Of a stretch of DNA of 64,000 nt, positions 1 through 9,081 are shown in pieces; positions within the stretch are counted from its first letter, which is position 1, and each line of letters opens with the position of its first letter. A program made the translations under genes and the position numbers. The stretch is from a virus. The DNA lies in the IMG/VR virus record IMGVR_UViG_3300006931_000002, positions 32,001 to 96,000 of that record; one strand, 5' to 3'. Below the pieces are notes generated by a model. It saw only the letters and a program-made list of their open reading frames with translations. It had not been told where the DNA came from and did no database searches.

Positions 1-783
1 CATCCAGCCAAGGCCGCCGCCCACCCAGTCGCCCGGGGTGAAATCGTCCGGTCCCCACACCTTCACGCCGCTGGCCTTGGCCGCTTCGATCTGGCCGCGC
101 CAGTAGCCGATCTGGTCGTCGAGTTGTGCGGCCATGCCGGTCAGCCGGTCGTGGTAGTCGCCGCCTTCGCTGGCGCCGGCCAGACGGCGGCCGATGTCGC
201 GGCGTTCCGCTTCGAGGCGTTCGACACGCCGAATCGTGGTGTGCAGGTTTTCGCGGTGCGACTGGGTAGCTTCTGCGGCGTGGGCCCGGTTCTGCCAATG
301 CTCGGCTTTGCGCACTTCGGTGGCCGACCGGTCGAGGGCGGCGCTGAGGCGTTCCCGGTCGCGTCGGGCGCGCCGCTCCGAATGGTGTCCGACGAGGATG
401 GGCTGCCCGAACGGGATGCCGTCGCTGATGAGCTGGGCCCGGTTGTAGGCCGCATCGGCACGGGTCGCAGCGTTGGTGGCGTAACCCTCGTACCGGTCGG
501 CCCGGTCGGCGGCGCGTTCGGCGCGTTCGGCCTCGACGGTGGCGGTGTCGCGGGGCGTGTCGTCGATGATGACTGTGACGTCGAAACCGGCGGCGCGTAG
601 CGCGTCGGCGGCCTGGTTGATGATGTGCCGGTCGGCCATCCGGTCGCGTGAGCCGCGGATACGCCACGCGCCGTAGCGCCAGGTGAACCGGTGGGCTTTG
701 AGAATGTCACCCGATCCGTCGCCCTTGCGGGTGCCGGCTACTTCCGTGCCGTCGGCATGCGTGTGGGTGATCGTGAGCGTCAT
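1..783 (-). CDS. DUF3560-domain protein (3' end runs out of the window)
   Basis: Manual translation from ATG 783: MTLTITHTHADGTEVAGTRKGDG...GIPFGQPILVGHHSERRARRD; RBS GAAAGGAG; missing from the ORF track because there is no stop in the window. Confidence 0.8.
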   Translation of the reverse strand, partial: MTLTITHTHADGTEVAGTRKGDGSGDILKAHRFTWRYGAWRIRGSRDRMADRHIINQAADALRAAGFDVTVIIDDTPRDTATVEAERAERAADRADRYEGYATNAATRADAAYNRAQLISDGIPFGQPILVGHHSERRARRDRERLSAALDRSATEVRKAEHWQNRAHAAEATQSHRENLHTTIRRVERLEAERRDIGRRLAGASEGGDYHDRLTGMAAQLDDQIGYWRGQIEAAKASGVKVWGPDDFTPGDWVGGGLGWM

Positions 784-835
784 GGCGCTCCTTTCGGGTG
801 GTGCTGGCCCGGGTCGGGGGGCCGGCGACGGAGAG

Positions 836-1099
836 TCAGATCGGGCGGCGGATACGCGCGTCATAGCCGTGCCACCAGACCTCGCGGGCGGGCAACGAGG
901 TGACGTGCGAGACGAGTCGCATGAGCGGGGCGCCACCGTGGAGCCGAGTCCCGGTTGGCTCTGACGCGACCGTGGCGACGGTGACGCCGTTGCGGGTGCG
1001 CTCGGCGTCACGGCCGGCGGTGAACCGCTGGCCGTCCGGGGTGAGGGAGAAGACCGTGCCGCACACGATTTCGCGGGCCGGCATCTTGCTGTGGGTCAT
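836..1099 (-). CDS. hypothetical phage protein
   Basis: 87 aa ORF with RBS GAAGGGA. Confidence 0.55.
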   Translation of the reverse strand: MTHSKMPAREIVCGTVFSLTPDGQRFTAGRDAERTRNGVTVATVASEPTGTRLHGGAPLMRLVSHVTSLPAREVWWHGYDARIRRPI

Positions 1100-1123
1100 G
1101 ACGATTCCCTTCTGGTGGACTGG

Positions 1124-1624
1124 TCAGGCGGCGACAGCGAACACGCCCGGGAGGGCAATGGCGGTCCGGGTGGTCGACTCGACACCGGCAACCAAGGTCA
1201 CGGCCGCCGAGTGGAAGCACGGCTTCCCGGCGAGTCCGCGGGCGCAGTTGCAGGTGCGGGTGGTGGTCCGGTAGGTGTCGCCGCGGTGGCCGACGGTCAG
1301 GAACACCTGTCCGCGCAGGTGGATGACGCCGCCGTCCTCGACCAGCTCGACCGCGTCGTCGATCTGGCGGTCGGTGTAGTCGGCGGTCAGTGCGGCGAGC
1401 CGGGCGCGGCGGTGGGCCTTGCGCCAGCAGCCAGCGCCGTAGCCGCGGGCGATCGCCTTCGCGGAACGGACGGGCCGGTCGCAGCCGATGCAGCGGACGA
1501 CTGGGGCGGGCTCGACGGGGGCGGGGATTCCGGCCGCGGCCTGGAAGTCAGCCCACATGCGGTCGCCGTCCTCGACTTCGTTGCCGAAGATCGCGAACGG
1601 GTCGTAGTCGGTTGTCGTGGTCAT
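1124..1624 (-). CDS. DUF6011-like CxxC motif + SWIM zinc-finger protein
   Basis: RCIGCDRPVRSAKAIARGYGAGCW; CNCARGLAGKPCFH; alternative leaderless start at 1651. Confidence 0.7.
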   Translation of the reverse strand: MTTTTDYDPFAIFGNEVEDGDRMWADFQAAAGIPAPVEPAPVVRCIGCDRPVRSAKAIARGYGAGCWRKAHRRARLAALTADYTDRQIDDAVELVEDGGVIHLRGQVFLTVGHRGDTYRTTTRTCNCARGLAGKPCFHSAAVTLVAGVESTTRTAIALPGVFAVAA

Positions 1625-1657
1625 TCTGGTTGCCCCCTCGCCTTGCCCCATGTCCAT

Positions 1658-1686
1658 ACTGTACCCACACTGTGGGAACAGAGCAA
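1658..1686 (-). promoter_or_regulatory. sigma70-type promoter with palindromic operator in the spacer
   Basis: TTGCTC-17 nt-TACAGT; near-perfect palindrome TGTACCCACA-C-TGTGGGAACA at 1660-1680. Confidence 0.7.
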
Positions 1687-1738
1687 GGGGTGGACGCGGA
1701 CGGGTGGCTAGCGGGGACCTGTAGGTACAGTGGGGCCC

Positions 1739-1915
1739 ATGGCAGAGACCCCGCTTCGCCGGTTCCGCGCCGACGACGAGCTGTGGAACGCATTCAAGGC
1801 CGCCGTAGAGCACAGCCCAGACCCAGAGGCCAACACCAACGCCGTCATCCGGCAGATGCTCCGCTGGTACGTCCGCCAACCAGGCGCGAAGCTCCCCGAA
1901 CGCCCACCGGCATGA
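1739..1915 (+). CDS. ribbon-helix-helix-like DNA-binding protein
   Basis: TPLRRFRADDELWNAFKAA...NAVIRQMLRWY; divergent from 1624 gene. Confidence 0.65.
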   Translation: MAETPLRRFRADDELWNAFKAAVEHSPDPEANTNAVIRQMLRWYVRQPGAKLPERPPA

Positions 1916-1924
1916 CCTTCGCCG

Positions 1925-2278
1925 TCACAGGGCATTCGCTCTCGCTGCGAGCACATCCCCGTGGCAGGCAAGCGGCGCGCAGTAACAGCCGAGTGCCTTG
2001 CCGCGTAGTTCGGGGAGAGCTGCCAGCAGGTTGGGACGGCTGTCGAGGTACCGCTCGAAGGCGGCGATGACCTGGGCCCGGTCGAACTCGTCGGCGCTCG
2101 GGGGAAGCGGGAACGGGTTGCCCCACGGTCCTGGGCGGGAGACGCGGACGAGTAGACCGCGGCGCTTCAAGTCCCGCAGGAACGGGGTGTAGGGCTTACG
2201 GAACGGGGGCAGGCGGACGACGACGGCAAGGCCGGAGTCGAGCTGGGCCAGGATCTCCGCCTCGTTCAACGACTCCAT
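1925..2278 (-). CDS. DUF4326-domain protein
   Basis: VSRPGPWGNPF...LRGKALGCYCAPLACHGDVL. Confidence 0.8.
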   Translation of the reverse strand: MESLNEAEILAQLDSGLAVVVRLPPFRKPYTPFLRDLKRRGLLVRVSRPGPWGNPFPLPPSADEFDRAQVIAAFERYLDSRPNLLAALPELRGKALGCYCAPLACHGDVLAARANAL

Positions 2279-2490
2279 GACGAACCCCTTCGGTGCCCGA
2301 CGTGGAACGCCGAGCACCTGTCGCAGCGGTACGCGGACCATAGGCCCGCCGCGGCACCCATCCGTCGATGCCAGCGGACCACTGCCAGCGCCTCAGCCTT
2401 CGTCTGCTTCTTCTTCCGCTCGCACTTCTGCTTGGCGGTGTGCTTCTCCCGGGGCATCTTGTGCTGACGGGAGCGAGTACGACGGCTCAT
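2266..2490 (-). CDS. small basic Zn-finger phage protein
   Basis: CERKK...AYRCDRCSAFHVGH. Confidence 0.6.
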   Translation of the reverse strand: MSRRTRSRQHKMPREKHTAKQKCERKKKQTKAEALAVVRWHRRMGAAAGLWSAYRCDRCSAFHVGHRRGSSWSR

Positions 2491-2807
2491 CAGTCGTCGT
2501 CGTGTTCGTTGGCCGGGTGGTCGCAGCCCGCACAGTCGTCGCCGCGCTGCCCGCCTTCGGGGATCTCGTAGTCCGAGTATCGGGAGCAGCAGCCGCACAG
2601 TTTGACCCCGTGGTCGGCGAACGCGGCGACGATCGCCGGGTCGTCTTTGAACCGGTCGAGTGAGTCCCGGGCCGTGTCCCAGTCTTCTTCCAACAGGCGG
2701 CCGACCAGACCGCCGAGCACCGTTTCCTTCATCTCGTCCGGCGCGCCGCAGTCGATCAAGGCCTGTGCGATCGGGTCGAAGATGTCGCCGGCAGAGGCCC
2801 AGCCCAT
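2490..2807 (-). CDS. hypothetical protein (MGW-S family, paralog of 3217-3522)
   Basis: MGWASAGDIFDPIA...DWDT...DPAIVAAF. Confidence 0.7.
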   Translation of the reverse strand: MGWASAGDIFDPIAQALIDCGAPDEMKETVLGGLVGRLLEEDWDTARDSLDRFKDDPAIVAAFADHGVKLCGCCSRYSDYEIPEGGQRGDDCAGCDHPANEHDDD

Positions 2808-3217
2808 CAGACAGCCTCTCCGCCGAAGTCGCCATGCGCCCAGTCCCACAGACACTCCGGAGCAGTATCACCGGATTCGATGCACTCCCACAGATCCACG
2901 GCGATCTCCTGGAGCTTTTGCGGCGCCACGACCTTGGCCAGTTCGAGCAGCAGGAAGATCGTGGAGAACTCGCCGATGAAGCCGACCACGCGGGAGTGGT
3001 AGAGCGGCCAGCGGGGATCGTCCTTGTCCGGCTCACCCTTGAGAAGGTCGTCGATCAGTTCCTGGCTTCGACCGACCCGTTCGCTGCCAGTTTTCGCCAG
3101 CCGGGCGATGAGACGGTCCGCAGTGACGTGCTCCCTGTAGTGGGGCCAGTCGCCGGGCTCGTAGGGCGGGGGTGCCCACGGCATCCCTGGCAGGGCTTCC
3201 TGGTCGAGGGTCGTCAT
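2807..3217 (-). CDS. hypothetical phage protein
   Basis: TGATG-coupled ORF. Confidence 0.6.
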   Translation of the reverse strand: MTTLDQEALPGMPWAPPPYEPGDWPHYREHVTADRLIARLAKTGSERVGRSQELIDDLLKGEPDKDDPRWPLYHSRVVGFIGEFSTIFLLLELAKVVAPQKLQEIAVDLWECIESGDTAPECLWDWAHGDFGGEAV

Positions 3218-3522
3218 CAGGAGTCGCTCCCGTCGTGGTTCGCAAGCGTGTGCCCGCAGTTCTCGCACCCACCCGCGTCGTCCTCGGGCTGCTCATAGTC
3301 GTTCCAGATGTGGCAGCACCTACAGGCGGCCCTGAACGCGGCCACAACGGCCGGGTGGTCCTTGTACTTCTCCTCGGACTCGTCTTCCGTATCCCAGTCG
3401 CCGTCCATCAACGCTCGGATTAGAACCGTCAGGACCGGCGTGACGATCTCAGCGGGCGCGCCCAGATTGATGAAGGCGTCCGCCACCGGGTCGAAGTACT
3501 CGTTGGCAGAGTTCCAGCCCAT
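3217..3522 (-). CDS. hypothetical protein (MGW-S family, paralog of 2490-2807)
   Basis: MGWNSANEYFDPVA...DWDT...HPAVVAAF. Confidence 0.7.
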   Translation of the reverse strand: MGWNSANEYFDPVADAFINLGAPAEIVTPVLTVLIRALMDGDWDTEDESEEKYKDHPAVVAAFRAACRCCHIWNDYEQPEDDAGGCENCGHTLANHDGSDS

Positions 3523-3875
3523 CAGTCGCCATCCTCCGTGATCAGGACCAGGTGGGTGCCGTCGGGAACCTCAACGACCAGTTCAGCGCTGTAACTTGTC
3601 GCGGCACACTGGCGGATACTCACAGCCCAGCCCGGCCACGGGAACGTCTCGTCCGCGCCGAGGGGAACGTCGTAGAGGGGGCGCCAGGCCGGTGATGCGC
3701 CGACCGCCCAGGCGCCGTCATGCGTAGCCCAGACCCTGAGTCTTGCGCCGTCGGGTGCGTGGAGTTCGGCCGTCCACGGGCTGTTGCCGTAGTGGTCGTG
3801 TTCGTCTTCGACGCCGCCGAGATTGGTTTCGATCAGGTCGTCGGAGGCGCCTGACAGGGTGAAGGTGATGGGCAT
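3522..3875 (-). CDS. hypothetical phage protein
   Basis: GASDDLIE motif; coupled ORF. Confidence 0.65.
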   Translation of the reverse strand: MPITFTLSGASDDLIETNLGGVEDEHDHYGNSPWTAELHAPDGARLRVWATHDGAWAVGASPAWRPLYDVPLGADETFPWPGWAVSIRQCAATSYSAELVVEVPDGTHLVLITEDGD

Positions 3876-3903
3876 CAGACACCGGCCTTACGGATCTCGT
3901 GAC

Positions 3904-4260
3904 TCATCGGGTGACCTTCTCGATTCGCCGGGGCAACTGGTTGCGTGAGAAGTAACGGCGGTAGAGCTTGTCCGCCGTCGCAACTACGGCGATGAACGGC
4001 GTGTCGGTTGTCGAGTCCGGGAGGAACCAGTACCGCTCGCCGCCGGGCTCGTCGGCGTCTCGATAGGCGGCGCCGATCTCGAAGATCGGGTCATCGTCTG
4101 GCGGTATCCAGGAGACCAGCATCGTCGGCACGGTGTAGGTGACGTGGTCGTCGCCGTCGAGGACCGTGACCACAAGGTTCGACGACCTTACGGTGCCGGA
4201 CACGCTGGCCTCGTAGATGGCGGCCCGGCCGCCGGGCTGGAGTTCACGGTGGTCAGACAT
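3904..4260 (-). CDS. hypothetical phage protein
   Basis: Coupled ORF with protein-like composition. Confidence 0.55.
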   Translation of the reverse strand: MSDHRELQPGGRAAIYEASVSGTVRSSNLVVTVLDGDDHVTYTVPTMLVSWIPPDDDPIFEIGAAYRDADEPGGERYWFLPDSTTDTPFIAVVATADKLYRRYFSRNQLPRRIEKVTR

Positions 4261-4498
4261 CGACATCCTCAAGGGCTGCGGTCGCAGGGACGATCTGGAC
4301 TCGAACTTCGCCGCCGGCAGCGATGTGCAGCGCGGTCCCCAGGTCGCGGTGAAGCCGCTCCGCCCGGCGCGGGTCGCAGAGTGCCATGAGCGTCAGCGCA
4401 TGCTCGATACCGACTGCATCACCCGCGCTGAGGGCCGCATGGAAGATGCGCTCCAGGGTGTCGGCGTCGGCCGCCCAGGCAGGAAGCGCGGTCGTCAC
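4253..4498 (-). CDS. hypothetical phage protein
   Basis: GTGA overlap with upstream stop. Confidence 0.55.
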   Translation of the reverse strand: MTTALPAWAADADTLERIFHAALSAGDAVGIEHALTLMALCDPRRAERLHRDLGTALHIAAGGEVRVQIVPATAALEDVDV

Positions 4499-4748
4499 CG
4501 CTCTCCGACCTTCAGGGCGATGGCATCCGCAGCGTCCTCGAAGTCGTCTGCGGTCTCCGTCACGGTCTGCACCGTGACGTCGTCGACGCACGCCACCCGC
4601 AGCAGATTCTGAATGAACGCGATCAGGCCGAGTCGGCTGACCGTGTGGTCCTCCGGGCAGTCGTGCTGGATGTTCAAGCTGCCGACCATCATGCCGTCGT
4701 GGCGGACTTGACATCCTCTCCGCCCTGAAGGGCGAAGATTCCCGCCTG

Positions 4749-5954
4749 CTACGCCGCTGTCGGCGTCAGCTTCGGGTGGGTTCCCGCTTCGCCGCGCTGT
4801 GCCGGCACGGATGCCGGTCTTACCTGCGCTCCACGGGCAGACACCGCCAGTCCGGCGGCCAAAGCGACGTTGACCGCCGCGTTCACATCCCGGTCGTGCA
4901 CCGACCCGCAGGCCGCACACGTCCACTCGCGGACGGCCAGCGGTTTCGGACCGTCCTTCACCCCGCAGGCCGAACAGGTCTGCGAGGTCGGCTCGAACCG
5001 GCCGATCTTCACGAAACGGCGCCCATACAACGCCGCCTTGTACTCCAACATGGCGACGAACGCTGACCATCCGGCGTCGTGCACTGACTTGGCCAGCCGG
5101 GTACGCGCGAGCCCCTTCACCGCCAGATCCTCCACAGCGACCGCTTGGTTCTCGCGGATCAGCCTCGTGGACAACTGGTGATGAAACTCGCGCCGCGCGT
5201 CGGCGACCTTGGCGTGCGCACGGGCCACCTTCACCCGAGCCTTGGCCCGGTTCGCCGAGCCCTTCTGTTTGCGGGACAGGTCCCGCTGTGCCTTCTTGAG
5301 CTTCTTCTCCGCTCGGCGTAGGAACTTCGGCGACTCGACCTTCGTGCCGTCTGACAGGACCGCGAAGTGCGTCAGCCCCAGGTCGATACCCACCTCGGAT
5401 GCGGCCGCCGGCAACGCCTCCGGGTCGGTCTCCACGACGAAGCTCGCGAAGTACCGACCCGCACTGTCCTTGACCACCGTCACCGATGACGGGACCGACG
5501 GCAGGCGCCGCGACCAGCGCACCTCCACATAGCCGATCTTCGGCAGGCGCAGTTTTCCATCCCTGACCGACCATCCGGCGTTCGCCGTGAACCGGACCGC
5601 CTGTCGCGTGTCCCGCTTCGACTTGAACCGGGGAGCGCCCATCCGGGGCCGCTTCCCCTTCAGTCCGTCGAAGAAGTTCCGGTAGGCCACATCCAAATCC
5701 CGGAGCGACTGTTGCAGCACCACCGCTGACACGTCGCCGAGCCAGGCTCGCTCGGGCGTCTTCTTCGCCTCGGTGATGACCAGCTTCGACAGGTCGCCGG
5801 ACTTCGGAAACGGCAGCCCATCCGCGCGGGCGGTCTCGCGGACGCGAAGCGCGTCGTTGTAGACCACCCGCGCACACCCGAACGTCCGGGCCAACGCCTT
5901 CTGCTGGCCGACGGTCGGGTACAGGCGGAAGCTGTACCGAAGCTGCACGATCAC
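4749..5954 (-). CDS. tnpB: RNA-guided endonuclease TnpB
   Basis: YSFRLYPT..Q...FGCARVVYN; RuvC GIDLG, AVEDL, HDRDVNAA intact; CxxC-CxxC zinc ribbon. Confidence 0.95.
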   Translation of the reverse strand: MIVQLRYSFRLYPTVGQQKALARTFGCARVVYNDALRVRETARADGLPFPKSGDLSKLVITEAKKTPERAWLGDVSAVVLQQSLRDLDVAYRNFFDGLKGKRPRMGAPRFKSKRDTRQAVRFTANAGWSVRDGKLRLPKIGYVEVRWSRRLPSVPSSVTVVKDSAGRYFASFVVETDPEALPAAASEVGIDLGLTHFAVLSDGTKVESPKFLRRAEKKLKKAQRDLSRKQKGSANRAKARVKVARAHAKVADARREFHHQLSTRLIRENQAVAVEDLAVKGLARTRLAKSVHDAGWSAFVAMLEYKAALYGRRFVKIGRFEPTSQTCSACGVKDGPKPLAVREWTCAACGSVHDRDVNAAVNVALAAGLAVSARGAQVRPASVPAQRGEAGTHPKLTPTAA

Positions 5955-5970
5955 AGTCTAGCATTGGCTT

Positions 5971-6387
5971 ATGGCCAAAGATCCCGACATTCGCACTGGC
6001 AGGCACTGCGTTTTCGCGCTGCACGCGCACTTGGTCTTCGTCACCAAGTACCGGCACCGCATCTTCGACGACCAGCACCTGACCCGCCTGGAAGAAATCA
6101 TGCAGGCGGTGTGCGCCGACTTCGAGGCCGAGTTGATCGAGTTCAACGGCGAACGCGACCACGTCCATCTGCTGGTCAACTTCCCGCCAAAGGTCGCACT
6201 GTCCCGACTGGTCAACAGCCTGAAAGGCGTCTCCTCCCGACGGCTGCGCCAGGAGTACCCCGAGCTGGTCCGGCACTACTGGCGCACCCAGCGACTCTGG
6301 GCCGGGTCCTACTTCGCGGGCTCTGTTGGTGGCGCCCCGCTTGACGTCCTCCGCCGGTACATCGAGGAGCAGACCCGTCCGGTCTAG
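5971..6387 (+). CDS. tnpA: IS200/IS605 Y1 transposase
   Basis: HLVFVTKYR, DHVHLL (HUH), LWAGSYF, RRYIE. Confidence 0.95.
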   Translation: MAKDPDIRTGRHCVFALHAHLVFVTKYRHRIFDDQHLTRLEEIMQAVCADFEAELIEFNGERDHVHLLVNFPPKVALSRLVNSLKGVSSRRLRQEYPELVRHYWRTQRLWAGSYFAGSVGGAPLDVLRRYIEEQTRPV

Positions 6388-6546
6388 AGCACGCTCGGGC
6401 CTGGCGGCCCTCCCGCGCGGGCCTTCACCCCCGGCCTGAAGGCCGGAGCACTGGCCCGCACCTTGGTAGACGTTCTCGATGTCGCCGTCGGCGTTGGTCG
6501 CATGGGTAATCGTGAAGGTCATCTCTCTCCTTGATCGGGGGGGCCG

Positions 6547-6831
6547 TTACCGTTGGTCGACCGGGCAGACGACGACCGCTGACGAACCGAGGCCGTAGGC
6601 GTAGCCCAGCCAGGCGCCCGCGGATACCAAGGCGGCCAGGAACACGACTGCCGACAGGGTGAGGCAGACAGCTCCGAACGTCCGGCGTAGACGTGAACGG
6701 GTGGGCGCCAGGACGACGGGCTCCGTCTCCGGCTCGGCGACCGAGGTGAGCCGGCGGAGTGCCAGCGTGTCCGGTTCGATGCGGTGCAGGTCCGTGGTCG
6801 TCTCGAACCGGCGGGCGGCATGACGGCTCAT
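6547..6831 (-). CDS. membrane protein
   Basis: C-terminal hydrophobic helix. Confidence 0.55.
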   Translation of the reverse strand: MSRHAARRFETTTDLHRIEPDTLALRRLTSVAEPETEPVVLAPTRSRLRRTFGAVCLTLSAVVFLAALVSAGAWLGYAYGLGSSAVVVCPVDQR

Positions 6832-6954
6832 GCGGCCGCCTCCGGGTTGGGCTCTCCCCGAGCCGCGGAGTCCCGGTCGCACGGCTCGGGGAGAGGTGTA
6901 GCCCCGTCGACGACGGAAGGGGGGCCGCCGCCGACGGGGAGCTTGAGACGAGGG

Positions 6955-7332
6955 TCAGCCATCACGGACCCCCAAGTGGGAAAGCTGTTCGGCCGCCTGG
7001 TCGAGGGCGCCCGCCAGGTGGCCTGCAAGGGAGATGGCGTCGATCAGCTCGGCGGCTGCCCATTGCGCGCAGCCCGCCCCGGCGCCCGGTGTTTCAGGAA
7101 GCCGGTCGTCGTACAGGCCACCTCGGGTCGACGTTGTTTCGGCGATCCGGGCGAACTGGCGGAGCGCCTGGGGCAGCTTGTGGGCCATCGCAGCGAGGCT
7201 GCGTACGGCCCGTTCCAGGTCGGATGGCCAGGTGATGCCGCCGTCGCCGGCGATCGTTGCATGGTTGATCTGGCGGATGAGCTGGTCGGCTCCGGCGGCG
7301 AGACGCACCACTTCGGGGGTGTCGTCAGCCAC
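6955..7332 (-). CDS. hypothetical phage protein
   Basis: Helical ORF (IRQINHAT...) coupled to neighbours. Confidence 0.55.
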   Translation of the reverse strand: MADDTPEVVRLAAGADQLIRQINHATIAGDGGITWPSDLERAVRSLAAMAHKLPQALRQFARIAETTSTRGGLYDDRLPETPGAGAGCAQWAAAELIDAISLAGHLAGALDQAAEQLSHLGVRDG

Positions 7333-7648
7333 GACGGCCCTCGCCGAGCAAGTCCAGGAGGGCGTCGAGAGAATCAACTCCGCCATAGACCCGGATCGTG
7401 TTGTCGCCCTTGCGGATGTCCTCCAACACCCAGGCGGCGAAGGGCTTGCCTTCCGGACAGCGGGCGCGGATGAAGTGGCTCTCGCCGTGCTGTTCGGCGC
7501 TGGCCTCCCAGCGGGGGGCGCAGCAGGGGCCGAGGGCTTTCGACTGGAACAGGATGCCGCCGGTGTCCGGGCTGGCGGTGTAGTCCTTCGAGCAGTCGTC
7601 GCAGAGAACAGCGGCACCGAAGTCGTAGGTTTCGATCGGCTCGGACAT
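7325..7648 (-). CDS. hypothetical Cys-containing phage protein
   Basis: CDDC...GPCC; coupled ORF. Confidence 0.6.
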   Translation of the reverse strand: MSEPIETYDFGAAVLCDDCSKDYTASPDTGGILFQSKALGPCCAPRWEASAEQHGESHFIRARCPEGKPFAAWVLEDIRKGDNTIRVYGGVDSLDALLDLLGEGRRG

Positions 7649-7757
7649 CAGTGGTTGCCTTTCGGCTGGCCGCACAAGGCGCAGGTGTCAGGTGATGGCC
7701 TGTCCGGGTTGACCGGGTCGACGGCCCATTCAGGGTCGAAGTCGTGGTCGACGGCCA

Positions 7758-8249
7758 TCAACGGTTCGCCTCCAATGCGACCGCTTCGGCCAGCGATGGC
7801 CGCTGGGTGAGCACGGCTGGTACGACCAGTGCGATGCCGCAGGATTCCGGGTCGACGTCGCACAGCGACATCTGCCGTGTTGCAGGGGCCACCGCCTCGG
7901 CGGGGCGGGTCGACGGGCCGGCATCCGCATGTGGCAGGTGCAGGAATACTGGGCCGACCGCGGCGGCCAGGCCCACGGTGAGGACGACGCCGAACAGGAT
8001 GCCGCCGCCGTCGGCACGCCTGGCCGGATGCCGGGCGGCAAGCGGCTCGTCGTCGACGTCGGGCTCCGGGTCGGTGTTCTCGTCGGGCTCGTCGCCATCC
8101 GGCAGGTCGGGCACGGGTCGCAGCGCCGACACGGTGACTACGGGCGGGGCGAGTGGGGGCAGGAGCGGAAACGCGACGATCTGTTTCGAGCTGAGGACCA
8201 CCGTTCTGTCGAGGTCCGGGCCGGTGTAGCGGACAGCGGTAACCGTCAT
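7758..8249 (-). CDS. membrane-anchored hypothetical protein
   Basis: One TM segment GILFGVVLTVGLAAAVGPVFL. Confidence 0.55.
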   Translation of the reverse strand: MTVTAVRYTGPDLDRTVVLSSKQIVAFPLLPPLAPPVVTVSALRPVPDLPDGDEPDENTDPEPDVDDEPLAARHPARRADGGGILFGVVLTVGLAAAVGPVFLHLPHADAGPSTRPAEAVAPATRQMSLCDVDPESCGIALVVPAVLTQRPSLAEAVALEANR

Positions 8250-8752
8250 CGGGCGGTCTCCCTGTAGACGTGAAGCTCTAGGCCGGCGCCCACCGCACGG
8301 GTGATGCAGTCATGGGTGCCGTGGGTGAAATGGCCCGGTGGAAGTAGGCGGCCGTCGTGACGGCAGGGGCCGGGCTTGGTGCAGCAGTGGGCGAACGCCA
8401 AAACCACGTCCTCACCCGGCACCATCAGCGTGACCATTTCGCCGTTGCGGATTTGGCCAGCGCCCGGGTTGAACCTGCCCCTGCCGTCTGGCCCGTTCCA
8501 GGCTGCGGGATGGGGATCGTGTACTACATCCCGCCGCGGATTCGGGCCGTAGATCAGAGCCATCGCCCAGTTGCGGGCGATCCGGTCGGCGCCCGGGGTG
8601 CCGTCCTTGCGGGGCGGGCAGTCGCCGTGGACCACGACCAGTTCGGACGTGCGGTTGGCGACGGCGAGCGGGCCGGGCAGATAGTCACCGAGCCGGGCGG
8701 AGATCAGAGCGAGGTTGGTCCACGAACGGCTGCCGGTCACTAGCACCCTCAT
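8246..8752 (-). CDS. SLOG superfamily (YspA/DUF2493-like) protein
   Basis: MRVLVTGSRSW, VVHGDCP, GAD, GAGQIRNGEM, GTHDC. Confidence 0.8.
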   Translation of the reverse strand: MRVLVTGSRSWTNLALISARLGDYLPGPLAVANRTSELVVVHGDCPPRKDGTPGADRIARNWAMALIYGPNPRRDVVHDPHPAAWNGPDGRGRFNPGAGQIRNGEMVTLMVPGEDVVLAFAHCCTKPGPCRHDGRLLPPGHFTHGTHDCITRAVGAGLELHVYRETAR

Positions 8753-9081
8753 GCCGCACCACCGATCATGACGACAGGCAGCCAGCGGGTGTCATCCGGC
8801 GACACGAACCCGTGATGTGCCTGCGGCTGGTAGGTCTTACCGGCTGGCGGCCACACCTCGAAACCGTCGTCGGCGCGCCGAACACGCATCCCGACAGTTC
8901 CGCCGGGCATCCGCTTTGCCGGGTAGTCCGGGTGCAGCCAGCACAGCCGGTCACTGTCACACCACATGGCCCAGGGCAGGGTCCAAGCTTCTTCGCCTGG
9001 CAGCATGCCGGCCAACGTGCGGGGCTCCAGCGTTTCCGGAAGCCGCTGCCGGGTCCGCGGCTGCCTTGTGAACAGGCTCAT
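8749..9081 (-). CDS. hypothetical phage protein
   Basis: ATGA-coupled, RBS. Confidence 0.55.
   Translation of the reverse strand: MSLFTRQPRTRQRLPETLEPRTLAGMLPGEEAWTLPWAMWCDSDRLCWLHPDYPAKRMPGGTVGMRVRRADDGFEVWPPAGKTYQPQAHHGFVSPDDTRWLPVVMIGGAA

Larger units (their letters stand above)
4708..6465 (-). mobile_element. IS200/IS605-family element (divergent tnpA/tnpB)
   Basis: Subterminal hairpins CCGGCC-TTCA-GGCCGG (LE) and CGCCC-TTCA-GGGCG (RE); RE ends in TCAA; no target-site duplication; inserted 3' of (T)CTAC. Confidence 0.9.
4495..6522 (-). pseudogene. small phage gene split by IS200/IS605 (segments 6522-6466 and 4707-4495)
   Basis: Removing 4708-6465 restores MTFTITHATNADGDIENVY|VRHDGMMVGSLNIQHD...KVGER (89 aa) with RBS. 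Confidence 0.75.

Noticed and set aside
4495-6522. 675-aa ORF as a real protein or IStron
   Set aside because: The middle is off-frame tnpB and antisense tnpA, frames usually open in high-GC DNA; tnpA/tnpB fill the element, leaving no room for a group I intron core
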